This document shows, piece by piece, positions 45,881-55,509 of a DNA stretch of 64,000 nt. The position numbers and the translations under genes are program-made. The DNA is from Opitutia bacterium (GTDB lineage Bacteria > Verrucomicrobiota > Verrucomicrobiia > Opitutales > JABJCN01): the NCBI GenBank assembly GCA_038125285.1, contig JAYPDO010000001.1:5605-69604 (forward strand), read 5' to 3'. The first letter of the stretch is position 1, and each line of letters begins with the position of its first letter. The notes under the pieces are model-generated. The model was not told the origin of the DNA. It did not search any database and saw nothing but the letters and a program-made list of their open reading frames with translations.

Positions 45881-47392
45881 TCAATCGTACTGACGGCGGA
45901 GGTTGGTTGGGAGGATACCAAGTTCCTCCCGGTATTTTGCCACGGTACGGCGGGCGATCGTGATGTCCTCCTTGGAGAGCATGTTGGCAATCGCTTGGTC
46001 GCTGAGGGGCTTGACGGGGTTTTCCCCTTCGATGATCTTGCCGATCCGGTCCTTGACGCTGCGGCTGGACACTGCGTCGCCGTCCGTCTCCTTGGCATAG
46101 CCTGCAGTAAAGAAATATTTGAATGGAAAGGTGCCGTGGGGGGTTTCGAGGTATTTGTTGGCGATGGCGCGGCTGACGGTGGTCTCATGGACTTCTAGGA
46201 TTTCCGCCACTTGGTTCATGGTCAGCGGCTTGAGCCCACGGATGCCTTCTTCAAAAAAAGTTTTCTGGAAATTGAGGATTTCCCGGGATATGCGCTCAAT
46301 GGTTTGCTGGCGCTGCTCGATGCTGTTCATGAGGAACTTGCCGGAGTTCATACGCTCCTTGATGAATTCCTTTTCCTTGCGGTTGAGATGGCCTTTGGCG
46401 ATGAGTTGCTTGATGGCAGGGTTGATGCGGAGACGGGGGATGTAGTCGTTGTTGACGATGATCACCCACTCCGTACCGCTCCATTCGATGGTGGCGTCCG
46501 GCGAGATCGTGCTGTTGGTGTCAGCCCGGAAACGGCCTCCGGGATTTGGGTCGAGTTCGGCGATATGCCCGATGACGTGCTGCACTTCCTCCTTGGAGAG
46601 GTTGAGCTTGCGGGCGAGTTCGGGGATCCGGCGGCGTAGGAGGAGGTCGAGCCATCGGTCGATCATCTCGTAGGCAGGGGAGTCCTTTTCCCCACGAAGT
46701 TCGAGCTGGAAAAGGAGGCACTCCCGGATGTCCATGCTGCCGATTCCGGGAGGGTCGAAATTGCGGAGGAGGTCGCGGGCATTTTCCAGTGTGGCCAGGG
46801 GGATGTTCGAGAGAAGGGAAATGTCCGCCAGGGTACTGGTCAGGAACCCTCGGTCGTCCAAACTTCCGATTAGGTACTTTATGGCGTCCAACTCTTCCGG
46901 CGTGCAGTCGGAATACTCGGCCTGCTCCATGATGTGCTCCTGGAGGGAAGTCTCGGAGACGAGGGAGTCAAAGAAGTGCTGGCGTTTCTTCTCGGCTTCG
47001 TCGGAGTACTCGGAGGTCTGGCTTTCCTGGCGGTAGTAGTCGTGCCATTCTTCCTCCAATTGGGAGTAGATCTCAAAGTCTTCGTGGAAATTGAGGTCCT
47101 CAGCCTCGGAGCCATCCCGGTAATCGGGGATTTCCGTGGGAGGATTGGCATCATGGGAGCGGTCGGGTTCAGCTGGATCCGGGTCTTCGTCGGTCCCGTA
47201 GAGCCGGTCCTCCAGGCTGATGCCTTCCATAGGAAGCTCTTCCAGGGTCGGGTTGCTCTCCAGTTCCTGCAGGATGGCCGAACGCAAGTCCATGGTCGCC
47301 GCCTGGAGGATCTTCAACGACTGGCGTAACTGGGGCGCAAGAACCAGGTTCTGGACCTGCTTTTGCTGTTGGTGGAGACCTTGGGTTGCCAT
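45881..47392 (-). CDS. rpoN: RNA polymerase sigma-54
   Basis: N-terminal Gln-rich LAPQLRQSLKILQ and C-terminal RpoN box ARRTVAKYRE. Confidence 0.95.
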   Translation of the reverse strand: MATQGLHQQQKQVQNLVLAPQLRQSLKILQAATMDLRSAILQELESNPTLEELPMEGISLEDRLYGTDEDPDPAEPDRSHDANPPTEIPDYRDGSEAEDLNFHEDFEIYSQLEEEWHDYYRQESQTSEYSDEAEKKRQHFFDSLVSETSLQEHIMEQAEYSDCTPEELDAIKYLIGSLDDRGFLTSTLADISLLSNIPLATLENARDLLRNFDPPGIGSMDIRECLLFQLELRGEKDSPAYEMIDRWLDLLLRRRIPELARKLNLSKEEVQHVIGHIAELDPNPGGRFRADTNSTISPDATIEWSGTEWVIIVNNDYIPRLRINPAIKQLIAKGHLNRKEKEFIKERMNSGKFLMNSIEQRQQTIERISREILNFQKTFFEEGIRGLKPLTMNQVAEILEVHETTVSRAIANKYLETPHGTFPFKYFFTAGYAKETDGDAVSSRSVKDRIGKIIEGENPVKPLSDQAIANMLSKEDITIARRTVAKYREELGILPTNLRRQYD

Positions 47393-47436
47393 GGTTGGCA
47401 GAAGGGGTAGAGGATGCCCCGGCAGGAACGTAATGC

Positions 47437-48378
47437 TTAGGATTGGACTTGAGCTTCCAGCTCGGTCAGGTAAGCGGCGAGCTTTTCGTTAGTGGGCCCG
47501 TATCCGTCGCTGTAAATGTACTTTTCCAGGGCTTCGAGCATCTCGTTGGCAGTTTGGAAACGGTCACCCCGGTCCTTGGTCAGGGCACGGTAGAGAATCG
47601 TATTGAGCTTGTTGTCGATATCCTCGCGTATTTGGCGGAAATCCGGGGTTTCCATGCTAAGGATGTTCTGGCGCGTTAGTCGGGGATCCTCGTCTTCGTA
47701 AATGTTATAATGAAGGAGGAGTTCTGCCAGGACTATACCGCAGGCGAAAAGGTCGGCCCGGGCGTCGGTGACTTCACGGTTGGCCTGTTCCGGGGAAAGG
47801 TAGGCATCTTTCCCGACGACGGTATGGCCTTCTTCGTTGTACATGAGGTCGAAGGCTTTGGCGATGCCGAAGTCCGTCAGTTTCACATCCCCTTCCCTGG
47901 CGATCATGATATTGCGGGGGCCAACGTCACGATGGACAATGCCGAGGTGCGTCCCGTCACGGCCACGTTTCTGGTGGGCATAGGACAAGCCACGGCAAAC
48001 GCGGGAGACGATAAAGACGGCCAAGTCCACTGGAATGTAAGTGCTCACATCCGTGTGCATGGTGATGAACTCCTCCAGGTTGATGCCGTTGATGAACTCC
48101 ATGGTCATGTAATACTGGTTGTTCATCAGGCCCAGGTGGTAGGTCTGCACGATGTTGGTGTGGATCAAGTCGGCCACAAGCTTAGCTTCACCGACGAAAT
48201 TGTCCTGGAATTGCTGGATCGAGGAGTATTCCTCTCGGATAAGTTTCAGGGCAATGACTTTACGGAAGCCGCCCGTGCCGTTTTGGAGGGCTTCGTAAAC
48301 AACGCCCATGCCCCCTTCGGCGATTTTGGAGACCAGTTCGATCTGGCAGCTTGCATCAAAAGAATAATTACTTTGCAC
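47437..48378 (-). CDS. Ser/Thr protein kinase (kinase domain only)
   Basis: [12 protein letters not shown] glycine loop, [18 protein letters not shown] catalytic loop, TDFGIAK and YLSPEQ. Confidence 0.9.
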   Translation of the reverse strand: MQSNYSFDASCQIELVSKIAEGGMGVVYEALQNGTGGFRKVIALKLIREEYSSIQQFQDNFVGEAKLVADLIHTNIVQTYHLGLMNNQYYMTMEFINGINLEEFITMHTDVSTYIPVDLAVFIVSRVCRGLSYAHQKRGRDGTHLGIVHRDVGPRNIMIAREGDVKLTDFGIAKAFDLMYNEEGHTVVGKDAYLSPEQANREVTDARADLFACGIVLAELLLHYNIYEDEDPRLTRQNILSMETPDFRQIREDIDNKLNTILYRALTKDRGDRFQTANEMLEALEKYIYSDGYGPTNEKLAAYLTELEAQVQS

Positions 48379-48499
48379 AGCGAGTCAGGACACGGAGCGA
48401 GGTCAAAAACTCAAGCCCCAAATGGATATTGCACGAATCTTGCTAGGGGGAAAACCCTGGCTTGCCAACCCGCCCCCTTTCTGTTCAGTTGAGGAGATC

Positions 48500-48817
48500 A
48501 TGATCAACCTGACACCAAGTGCGGCGGAGAAAATCTTGGCTCTCCAAAAGGAAAACGGGGCGGAAGGCCAGTTCATGCGCCTTAGCGTTGAGCCGGGAGG
48601 CTGTTCCGGGATGGAATACGCGATGGGTTTTGGCGAAAAAACAGAGGAGGACGAGATGGTCGAATCCAACGGGGTACAATTAGTGGTCGACCCGGTGAGC
48701 CTGACTTACCTTGAGGACGTGGAAGTCGATTTCGACGACGGGCTCCATGGGAAGGGTTTTGAAATCCGCAACCCGAATGCGCAAAATACTTGCGGCTGCG
48801 GGCGCTCTTTCAACTGA
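48500..48817 (+). CDS. Fe-S cluster insertion protein (IscA/ErpA/HesB family)
   Basis: MINLTPSAAEKI, GGCSGMEY and a C-terminal CGCGRSF. GAGGAG lies 4 nt upstream of the ATG at 48500. Confidence 0.9.
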   Translation: MINLTPSAAEKILALQKENGAEGQFMRLSVEPGGCSGMEYAMGFGEKTEEDEMVESNGVQLVVDPVSLTYLEDVEVDFDDGLHGKGFEIRNPNAQNTCGCGRSFN

Positions 48818-48827
48818 AAAGCCCTCC

Positions 48828-49367
48828 TTGCCTGCACCTCCCGTTCCCCAGGTTGTGGAAATTTGGGATACCCTTACCGACAAGGTTCCTGGGCATTGGT
48901 TGCACACAGGTGCGGTCATCGCACTACTACTACTATATGTGCTTTACAGGATCCTGAAATTAGGGGCTGGCAGTTACCCCTACGTCGCCAAAGAAGCCCT
49001 CTTCACCCATGCCGAGCAAAAGTTTCTTCGCGCCCTGGAGGAAGCCGTCGGGGATGACTACATGATCTTTGGACAAGTAAGATTGTGCGACGTGATCCAA
49101 GTCCAACGGGGGCTGGACAGCAAATCCTGGGGACGTGCGTTTGCAAAAATCAAGGCCAAGCACCTGGACTTTGTCATCTGCGACCCTGACGACCTATCCA
49201 TCCTCTGTGCAATCGAACTCGATGATTCCACCCATGAACGGAAAGACCGGAAAAAAAGGGACCACTTCCTCAACCATGCAATGGCCAAAGCAGGCGTCCC
49301 CTTGCACAGGTTCCCTACCGCCCAGCACTACGACCCAGACGACATCCGGAAAGCCATCGACGGCTGA
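48828..49367 (+). CDS. DUF2726-domain (endonuclease-like) membrane-anchored protein
   Basis: One transmembrane helix (AVIALLLLYVLYRIL), then FTHAEQKFLRALEEAVGDDYMIFGQVRLCDV, KHLDFVICDPDDLSILCAIELDDSTH. There is no ATG after the iscA stop, so the start is TTG at 48828 or GTG at 48855 (uncertain). Confidence 0.7.
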   Translation: MPAPPVPQVVEIWDTLTDKVPGHWLHTGAVIALLLLYVLYRILKLGAGSYPYVAKEALFTHAEQKFLRALEEAVGDDYMIFGQVRLCDVIQVQRGLDSKSWGRAFAKIKAKHLDFVICDPDDLSILCAIELDDSTHERKDRKKRDHFLNHAMAKAGVPLHRFPTAQHYDPDDIRKAIDG

Positions 49368-50756
49368 TCAAGCCTTTGCACCAGCCCAAAGCCCGGCGAG
49401 GTCGCCGCCGGTCAAATTCTGGAACGGAGCAAGGCCAAACTCCGGAAGCACGGCCAGCAAATGGTCGAAGATATCCGCCTGGATCCCCTCGTAAGCTACC
49501 CACCCCGTGTCATTACTGAACACATAGATCTCGATCCCGATCCCTTCCGGCCCAGGGGCAAGCTGGCGGACAAGGAAGGTCATCCCCTCCTTATGGATCT
49601 TTGCGTTCGCCTGCAAATAAGCCACACAGTATGCCCGGAACGTACCCAAATTAGTCAACCTACGGCCATTGGCCAGCACGGCCATGTCACAATTCTGATC
49701 CTTGTTGTGGGCGTCAACCTCGGCCAACTTCTTCTCCAAGTGAGATTTCAGTACTTCGAAGGACTTGAACTTTTCTAGCATCTCCCCGTCCACAAACCTC
49801 ACAGTCCTGACATCCAAATGCAACGCCCGCTTAATCCGCCGGCCGCCGGACTCGGACATCCCCCTCCAGTTTTTGAATGAGTTCGAAGCCAGCTCGTGGG
49901 TAGGGATGGATGAGATGGTCTTATCCCAGTTTTGCACACGCACAACGTTCAAGCTCACATCCAGCACCTCCCCGTCTACCCCGAATTTCCCCATCTCGAT
50001 CCAGTCCCCCTTCTGTACCATGTTGTTCAATGACAGCTGGAAACCCGCCACCAAACCCAACAAACTATCTCGGAAGACGAGCATCAACACTGCCGTCATC
50101 GCCCCAAGCCCGGACAAGATCGCCACAGGGCTCTTCCCAAAACAGAACGCCACGATGTAGACCAACCCCACGAAGTTTACCACCAACTTCAAAGCCTGCA
50201 TAATCCCCCGTACCGGCAACTTGCGGGACAATGCCCTTCCCTCCACACTACGCCCTACCGCGCTCAACACCCCGTCGAAAACCAACAGAACGATCACCAC
50301 CAAATACACACTGACAAACAACTCCAGCACCCCCAGGAACCAACTCCCCGGTAGCAGCGGCATACCCTCGGGGCCAATCAATTGACCGAAAAAAGGCTCT
50401 GCCAAATGATCCACCACCAAAGCCGGCACAATATGGGAAAACCTGAAAAAGACATTGTGGTCCACCAATACATCGTCCCACTTGAAACGCGTCTTCCTTA
50501 CCACTCCCCGGACAGCCTTCAACACCCAGACCCGGGCAATCCACGCCCCCAGCAACGAGAGCAACACCATCAAAAGGATCCCGATCCCATGGTACAAGAA
50601 CTCGGGCGAAACGACAGGAACCTCCGTCCCGTTTACCTCCGTGGTAGGGATTTCCAAATCCTCCAAGTACAAAAACAACTTCGCGAACATATCCAACCAA
50701 AACAAGGAACACTCTGGCTCCCGCAACACCAAAGTCATCCCCCACGAGGAAAACAC
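49368..50756 (-). CDS. Mechanosensitive ion channel (MscS family)
   Basis: FRDSLLGLVAGFQLSLNNMVQKGDWIEM...GEVLDVSLNVVRVQNWDKTISSIPT core. Several N-terminal transmembrane segments. The start is uncertain (alternative MFAKLF at 50690). Confidence 0.85.
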   Translation of the reverse strand: MFSSWGMTLVLREPECSLFWLDMFAKLFLYLEDLEIPTTEVNGTEVPVVSPEFLYHGIGILLMVLLSLLGAWIARVWVLKAVRGVVRKTRFKWDDVLVDHNVFFRFSHIVPALVVDHLAEPFFGQLIGPEGMPLLPGSWFLGVLELFVSVYLVVIVLLVFDGVLSAVGRSVEGRALSRKLPVRGIMQALKLVVNFVGLVYIVAFCFGKSPVAILSGLGAMTAVLMLVFRDSLLGLVAGFQLSLNNMVQKGDWIEMGKFGVDGEVLDVSLNVVRVQNWDKTISSIPTHELASNSFKNWRGMSESGGRRIKRALHLDVRTVRFVDGEMLEKFKSFEVLKSHLEKKLAEVDAHNKDQNCDMAVLANGRRLTNLGTFRAYCVAYLQANAKIHKEGMTFLVRQLAPGPEGIGIEIYVFSNDTGWVAYEGIQADIFDHLLAVLPEFGLAPFQNLTGGDLAGLWAGAKA

Positions 50757-50795
50757 TTGTCGACCAAAAAAGGAAAGTTACAACCCAAACCCCCC

Positions 50796-52913
50796 ATGAA
50801 GAAAATCCTCCTCACCACCACCTCTTTCCAGGACACCCCGGGGGAACACCACCGAGTCCTAGAAAGCGCAGGTTTTGAAATTGTCCGCGAACGCGGCCCC
50901 CTCCCCGAATCCCGCATGCTGGAACTCGCCGGGGACTTCGACGCCTTCCTCTGTGGCGATGATGCCATCACCAAAGCAGTCATCGACAAATCCCTCCCCA
51001 AGCTCCAAGTCATCTCCAAATACGGCATCGGGCTGGATAAGATCGACGTCGCCTACGCCACCTCCAAACAAATCCCCATCACCTTCTGCCCCGGCGTCAA
51101 CCACACTACCGTAGCCGAGCATACCTTCGCCCTCCTCCTCGCCCTCGTCCGCAACCTGCTCGACTCCGCTAACGCCACCCGCCAGGGCAACTGGAAACGC
51201 ATCACCGGCAACGAAATCCTCGGCAAGACCATTTCCATCGTCGGCCTCGGCCGCATCGGCAAGGAAGTCGCCATCCGCGCCAACGCCTTTGGCCTCGCCG
51301 TCCTAGGCTACGATATTTACTGGGACGCCGGCTTCGCTGCAAAGCACAACGTCCGCCGCATTGAAAGCCTACCGGAAATCCTCGCTGCCGGGGACATCGT
51401 CTCCCTCCACACTAACCTTTCCCACGATACGAGGGAAATGATCAACGCCCGCTCCCTTGCTCAAATGAAGGACGGCGTCCTCATCCTCAACTGTGCCCGG
51501 GGCGAACTCGTCGATACCACCGCAATGGTCGAAGCGCTCAACTCCGGCAAAGTCGGCGGCTACGGGACGGATGTCCTCGACCAGGAGCCCCCGCCTGCCA
51601 ATCACCCGCTCCTCCATACCCCCAACACCATCGTCACCCCGCACATTGGCTCCCGGACTTACGAATCCGTCGTCAGACAAGCCACCATGGCGGCCAACAA
51701 CCTCATCCTCGCCCTCGACGGCAAACAACCCCTCGCCCAAGCCAACGACGCCCCGCTCCCCGGCGGGCTCGCATCCAAATCCGCACCCTCCGCACCCTCA
51801 ATTTCCACAGCGCCCAAGATGAACCAAGAACGCTACTACATCGTCCCCACGGAGACCCACAACTCCCTCGTCCACGCCGCCTACATCCACCGGGGCTACA
51901 CCCAGTCGGAAGCCGAATACGCAACCCGCTTCGCAGCCCTCGCGGCCGAACACGGCATCCGCACCCACAACGCCCTCAAGGCTCTCCACCTCGACCACCT
52001 TTTCGGCTCCGCAAAAGGCGGCTGCGTTCCTAACGTTGATATCAAAAAGCAACCCTCCCGCTTCGCCGCCAGCCAAGCATGGGACGCCAACAAAAAGCTC
52101 GGCCAGGCCGTAGCCTACGAAGCCATGGACACCTGCATGGAGCTGGCCGACAAATATGGCATCGCCCAAGTCGCGGTCGACAACACCTTCCACTACCTCT
52201 GGGGCGGCGGCTACGCACTCTACGCCTCCCAAAAAGGCTACATCGCCTACACCAACTGCACCTCGACTCTTGCGGAAGTCGTCCCATTCGGCGGCAAGAC
52301 CCCGACCCTCGGCACCAACCCACACACCTGGGCATTCCCGACCAAGTCCGCCATCGGCCACGATATCCTCATCGACTGGGCCACCTCCGTAGTCGCCATG
52401 GGCCGCGTCCAGCAGTTCAAAAGGGAAAACAAGGAACTTCCCCCCAATGCCGCAGTCGATGCCGACGGCAACCCTACCACCGACCCCAACAAGGTCAACG
52501 CCCTCCTACCCTTCGGCGCCCACAAAGGTTACGGTCTGAGCCTCATCAACGAGATCATGGGCGGCTACATCGGCGGTTCCCTCCCCACCATCCGTGGCCA
52601 CCACAAAAACGACGACGAGAAGCAAACTACCGCCTTCTATTTCCAAGTCATCCACCCCGACGCCCTCCCCGGTGGCACCTTTGCAAAAGGCCGTAACCAA
52701 GCTGAAAACGTCAAGGCCGTCATCCAGGACATCCTTGGCCCTGGCAATGAAAAGTGCCTCCTCCCCGGCCAGATCGAAGCTGAGTTCGCCACCCGCACCG
52801 CCAAGACCAATGGCCTCCTCTTCACAGAAAAAGAAATCTGGGCCTTCAACGAAATCGCCGAAGAATGCGGCCAGCCCAAGTGGAACCTCGTCTCCTTCCA
52901 AACCGAATCCTAA
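50796..52913 (+). CDS. Fusion protein: D-isomer-specific 2-hydroxyacid dehydrogenase (N) + Ldh_2-family (malate/L-lactate/ureidoglycolate/2,3-diketogulonate-type) dehydrogenase (C)
   Basis: N-domain: IVGLGRIGKEVA, NCARGELVD, DVLDQEP, VTPHIGS. A P/S/A-rich linker lies at about 51740-51815. C-domain from MNQERYY (51819): HYLWGGGY, LGTNPHTWAFP, IDWATSVVAMGRV, DADGNPTTDP, LLPFGAHKGYGLSL. There is no stop between the domains. The track ORF start at 50382 is antisense to mscS and was rejected. Confidence 0.85.
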   Translation: MKKILLTTTSFQDTPGEHHRVLESAGFEIVRERGPLPESRMLELAGDFDAFLCGDDAITKAVIDKSLPKLQVISKYGIGLDKIDVAYATSKQIPITFCPGVNHTTVAEHTFALLLALVRNLLDSANATRQGNWKRITGNEILGKTISIVGLGRIGKEVAIRANAFGLAVLGYDIYWDAGFAAKHNVRRIESLPEILAAGDIVSLHTNLSHDTREMINARSLAQMKDGVLILNCARGELVDTTAMVEALNSGKVGGYGTDVLDQEPPPANHPLLHTPNTIVTPHIGSRTYESVVRQATMAANNLILALDGKQPLAQANDAPLPGGLASKSAPSAPSISTAPKMNQERYYIVPTETHNSLVHAAYIHRGYTQSEAEYATRFAALAAEHGIRTHNALKALHLDHLFGSAKGGCVPNVDIKKQPSRFAASQAWDANKKLGQAVAYEAMDTCMELADKYGIAQVAVDNTFHYLWGGGYALYASQKGYIAYTNCTSTLAEVVPFGGKTPTLGTNPHTWAFPTKSAIGHDILIDWATSVVAMGRVQQFKRENKELPPNAAVDADGNPTTDPNKVNALLPFGAHKGYGLSLINEIMGGYIGGSLPTIRGHHKNDDEKQTTAFYFQVIHPDALPGGTFAKGRNQAENVKAVIQDILGPGNEKCLLPGQIEAEFATRTAKTNGLLFTEKEIWAFNEIAEECGQPKWNLVSFQTES

Positions 52914-52950
52914 TCCTAATCCGCTGAACTGCCATCCGACATTTGCTAAA

Positions 52951-53026
52951 CCGCAGATTTCGCAGATTTACGCAGATGATTTTTGAGACTCCGAAACGAA
53001 TCTGAGCCAATCTGCGTAATCTGCGG
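52951..53026. repeat. Short repeat cluster: 3 direct CGCAGAT units, then 2 inverted ATCTGCG units
   Basis: CGCAGAT at 52952, 52961 and 52971. ATCTGCG at 53010 and 53019. The arms can pair as an imperfect long hairpin. It lies between the fusion dehydrogenase and uxaE. Confidence 0.6.
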
Positions 53027-53046
53027 ACAAAACAGATAAGAAGAAA

Positions 53047-54288
53047 ATGATCTTAGAAAAGTACACCCTGGGTACTGGCGACCGCTTTGCCCACCAAGCC
53101 AAAGCCCAGCTCCAAGCCTGTGTAAACCTCTTCCAAAACGAAGGCATCGAAGTGGTCCCGGTCTGGAACAAATCCAACAGGGAGCACTCCTTCATCGGCT
53201 CCGAGCCACAGTCCGTTTACGACGCAGCCAAGCAAGCCGTAGCCGACCTCGGTTGGGACAAGGGCTGGCACGTCGATGCCGACCACATCAACCTCTCCAC
53301 GGTCGACAAATACATCGCCTCCTCCGACTTCTTCACCATCGACGTCGCCGACTCCATCGGCAAAGCGCCGGAAACGGGGGCAATCGACGCTTTCTTGGAC
53401 CTCCATCCCGGGCTGGTAGGCGAAATCGTCATTGACGGGATTTCCCAACCATTCACGACCACCCGCGACTCCGTGGCTGCAGTTGCCGGGAAGTACCTCG
53501 CCGCAGTCAAGGAAGCCGGGGAAATTTACCGCCACATTAAAACCCAGAAAGCAGACTTCATCGCCGAAGTCTCCATGGACGAGACGGACAACCCGCAGAC
53601 CCCTCCGGAATTGCTCATTATCCTCGCCGCCCTTTCAGACGAAGGCATCCCTCTCCAGACCATCGCCCCGAAGTTTACAGGCCGCTTCAACAAAGGGGTC
53701 GATTACGTGGGGAACCTCACCCAGTTCGAGAGGGAATTCAACGACGACCTCGCCGTCATCTCCTACGCCATCAGAGCCTACAAACTCCCCGAAGACCTAA
53801 AGCTCAGCGTACACTCCGGAAGCGACAAATTCTCCATCTACCCCATTATCGGCAAAGCCCTCCGCCGCACAGGTGCGGGCATCCACCTCAAAACCGCTGG
53901 CACCACCTGGCTGGAAGAACTCATCGGACTCGCCGAAGCCGGGGGCGAAGGCCTCGTCCTGGCCAAGGACATTTACAAAGCCGCCCACGCACAAAGCGAA
54001 GCCCTCTGCGGCCCCTACGCCACCGTCATTGACATCGACCCAGGCCAACTCCCCTCCCCGGCCACTGTCGATGCCTGGAGTAGCGACAATTACATGAATG
54101 CACTTCGCCACATCCCCGGCCATGCGGAATACAACCAACACTTCCGCCAACTCCTCCACGTCGCCTTCAAACTCGCCGCCAAAGAAGGCGACCGCTACGC
54201 CAACCTCCTCAAGAAACACGAGGCCGTAGTCGCCAAAAACGTAACCGAGAATCTCTACGAACGCCACCTCAAAAGAATCTTCGCCTGA
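53047..54288 (+). CDS. uxaE: Tagaturonate/fructuronate epimerase family protein (UxaE-like)
   Basis: N-terminus LGTGDRFAHQAKAQLQA...VPVWNKSNREH and DADHINLSTVDKYI...FFTIDVAD match my recollection of the UxaE family. Context with uxaC and kdgK supports the call. Confidence 0.7.
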   Translation: MILEKYTLGTGDRFAHQAKAQLQACVNLFQNEGIEVVPVWNKSNREHSFIGSEPQSVYDAAKQAVADLGWDKGWHVDADHINLSTVDKYIASSDFFTIDVADSIGKAPETGAIDAFLDLHPGLVGEIVIDGISQPFTTTRDSVAAVAGKYLAAVKEAGEIYRHIKTQKADFIAEVSMDETDNPQTPPELLIILAALSDEGIPLQTIAPKFTGRFNKGVDYVGNLTQFEREFNDDLAVISYAIRAYKLPEDLKLSVHSGSDKFSIYPIIGKALRRTGAGIHLKTAGTTWLEELIGLAEAGGEGLVLAKDIYKAAHAQSEALCGPYATVIDIDPGQLPSPATVDAWSSDNYMNALRHIPGHAEYNQHFRQLLHVAFKLAAKEGDRYANLLKKHEAVVAKNVTENLYERHLKRIFA

Positions 54289-54353
54289 CGGCGGTTCTTG
54301 GATCTTCTATAATAGTTCATGGTTAGAACTAGTCGACGATCCCAAGAACCCAT

Positions 54354-54381
54354 CAAACAAAGAACCAAGAACAAAGAACCT
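54354..54381 (+). repeat. Tandem heptads (CAAACAA) AGAACCA AGAACAA AGAACCT in the kdgK leader
   Basis: Read directly from the sequence. It ends 5 nt before the ATG at 54387. The 16-mer ACAAAGAACCAAGAAC (54357-54372) recurs exactly at 56449-56464. Confidence 0.7.
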
Positions 54382-54386
54382 TTTTC

Positions 54387-55484
54387 ATGAGCCTCGAAAT
54401 CCGCCCTACCGACCACTGCCAATACGACTGCCTCTCCCTCGGGGAAGTCATGCTACGCCTCGACCCTGGTGAAGGACGGGTACGCACTGCCCGACAGTTC
54501 CAAGCATGGGAAGGGGGCGGCGAGTACAACGTCACCCGTGGCCTGCGCCGTTGCTTTGGACTCCGCACTGCAGTAGTCACCGCTTTCGCCGACAATGATG
54601 TCGGCCAACTCATCGAAGACTTCATCCTCCAGGGCGGTGTCGATACCCGTTTCATCCAGTGGAAAAAGTATGACGGCATCGGCCGTGAAGTCCGCAACGG
54701 GCTCAACTTTACTGAGCACGGCTTCGGCATCCGTGGCGCAGTCGGCGTGCCCGACCGGGGCAACACCGCAGCCTCCCAAATGAAGCCCGGCGACATCGAC
54801 TGGGATCATATTTTTGGTGAACTCGGAGTCCGTTGGTTCCACACAGGCGGCATCTTCGCCGCCCTCTCAGAAACCACCGCTGCACTGACCGAGGAAGCCG
54901 TTGCCTGCGCAAGGAAACACGGAACCATTGTCTCCTATGACCTCAACTACCGCCCCTCCCTCTGGAAGTCCATCGGCGGCCATGCGAAAGCCCAGCAAGT
55001 CAACCGCAACATCGCCAAGAATGTGGACGTCATGATTGGCAATGAAGAAGACTTCACCGCCTGCCTCGGCTTCGAAGTCGAAGGCTTGGACGAGAACATC
55101 TCCGCCATCGAAGTCGCCAACTTCAAAAACATGATCAACAAGGCGGTGAAAGAGTTCCCAAACTTCAAAGCCACCGCCACCACCCTCCGCACCGTCAAGA
55201 CCGCCACCATCAACGACTGGGGCGCCATCTGCTGGTCCGGAGGCGAGTTCCACGAAGCCACTTACCGTGAAAACCTCGAAATCATGGACCGCGTAGGCGG
55301 CGGCGACAGCTTCGCCTCCGGCCTTATTTACGGCTTCCTTAAATTCAACGACCCTGCCAAAGCCGTCGAATATGGTGCTGCCCACGGAGCCCTCGCCATG
55401 ACCACCCCAGGCGATACCTCCATGGCCACCTGTGCCGAAGTCGAAAAACTCATCGGCGGAGGTGGAGCCCGCGTGGTAAGGTAA
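54387..55484 (+). CDS. kdgK: PfkB-family sugar kinase, 2-dehydro-3-deoxygluconokinase-like
   Basis: LSLGEVMLRLDP, GGGEYNV and a C-terminal DRVGGGDSFASGLIYG motif. Confidence 0.8.
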   Translation: MSLEIRPTDHCQYDCLSLGEVMLRLDPGEGRVRTARQFQAWEGGGEYNVTRGLRRCFGLRTAVVTAFADNDVGQLIEDFILQGGVDTRFIQWKKYDGIGREVRNGLNFTEHGFGIRGAVGVPDRGNTAASQMKPGDIDWDHIFGELGVRWFHTGGIFAALSETTAALTEEAVACARKHGTIVSYDLNYRPSLWKSIGGHAKAQQVNRNIAKNVDVMIGNEEDFTACLGFEVEGLDENISAIEVANFKNMINKAVKEFPNFKATATTLRTVKTATINDWGAICWSGGEFHEATYRENLEIMDRVGGGDSFASGLIYGFLKFNDPAKAVEYGAAHGALAMTTPGDTSMATCAEVEKLIGGGGARVVR

Positions 55485-55509
55485 GAAAGACAAACCACAC
55501 AAAGAAGCA

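Noticed and set aside
50382-50795. N-terminal 138 codons of the track ORF 50382-52913.
   Set aside because: This part is antisense to the MscS gene and has no protein-like features. MKKILLTTTSF at 50796 is a typical 2-hydroxyacid dehydrogenase start.
52951-53026. Possibility that the CGCAGAT repeats are a CRISPR array or part of one.
   Set aside because: The units are 7 nt with 2-3-nt spacers, and there are only five of them, in mixed orientation. No cas genes are present.
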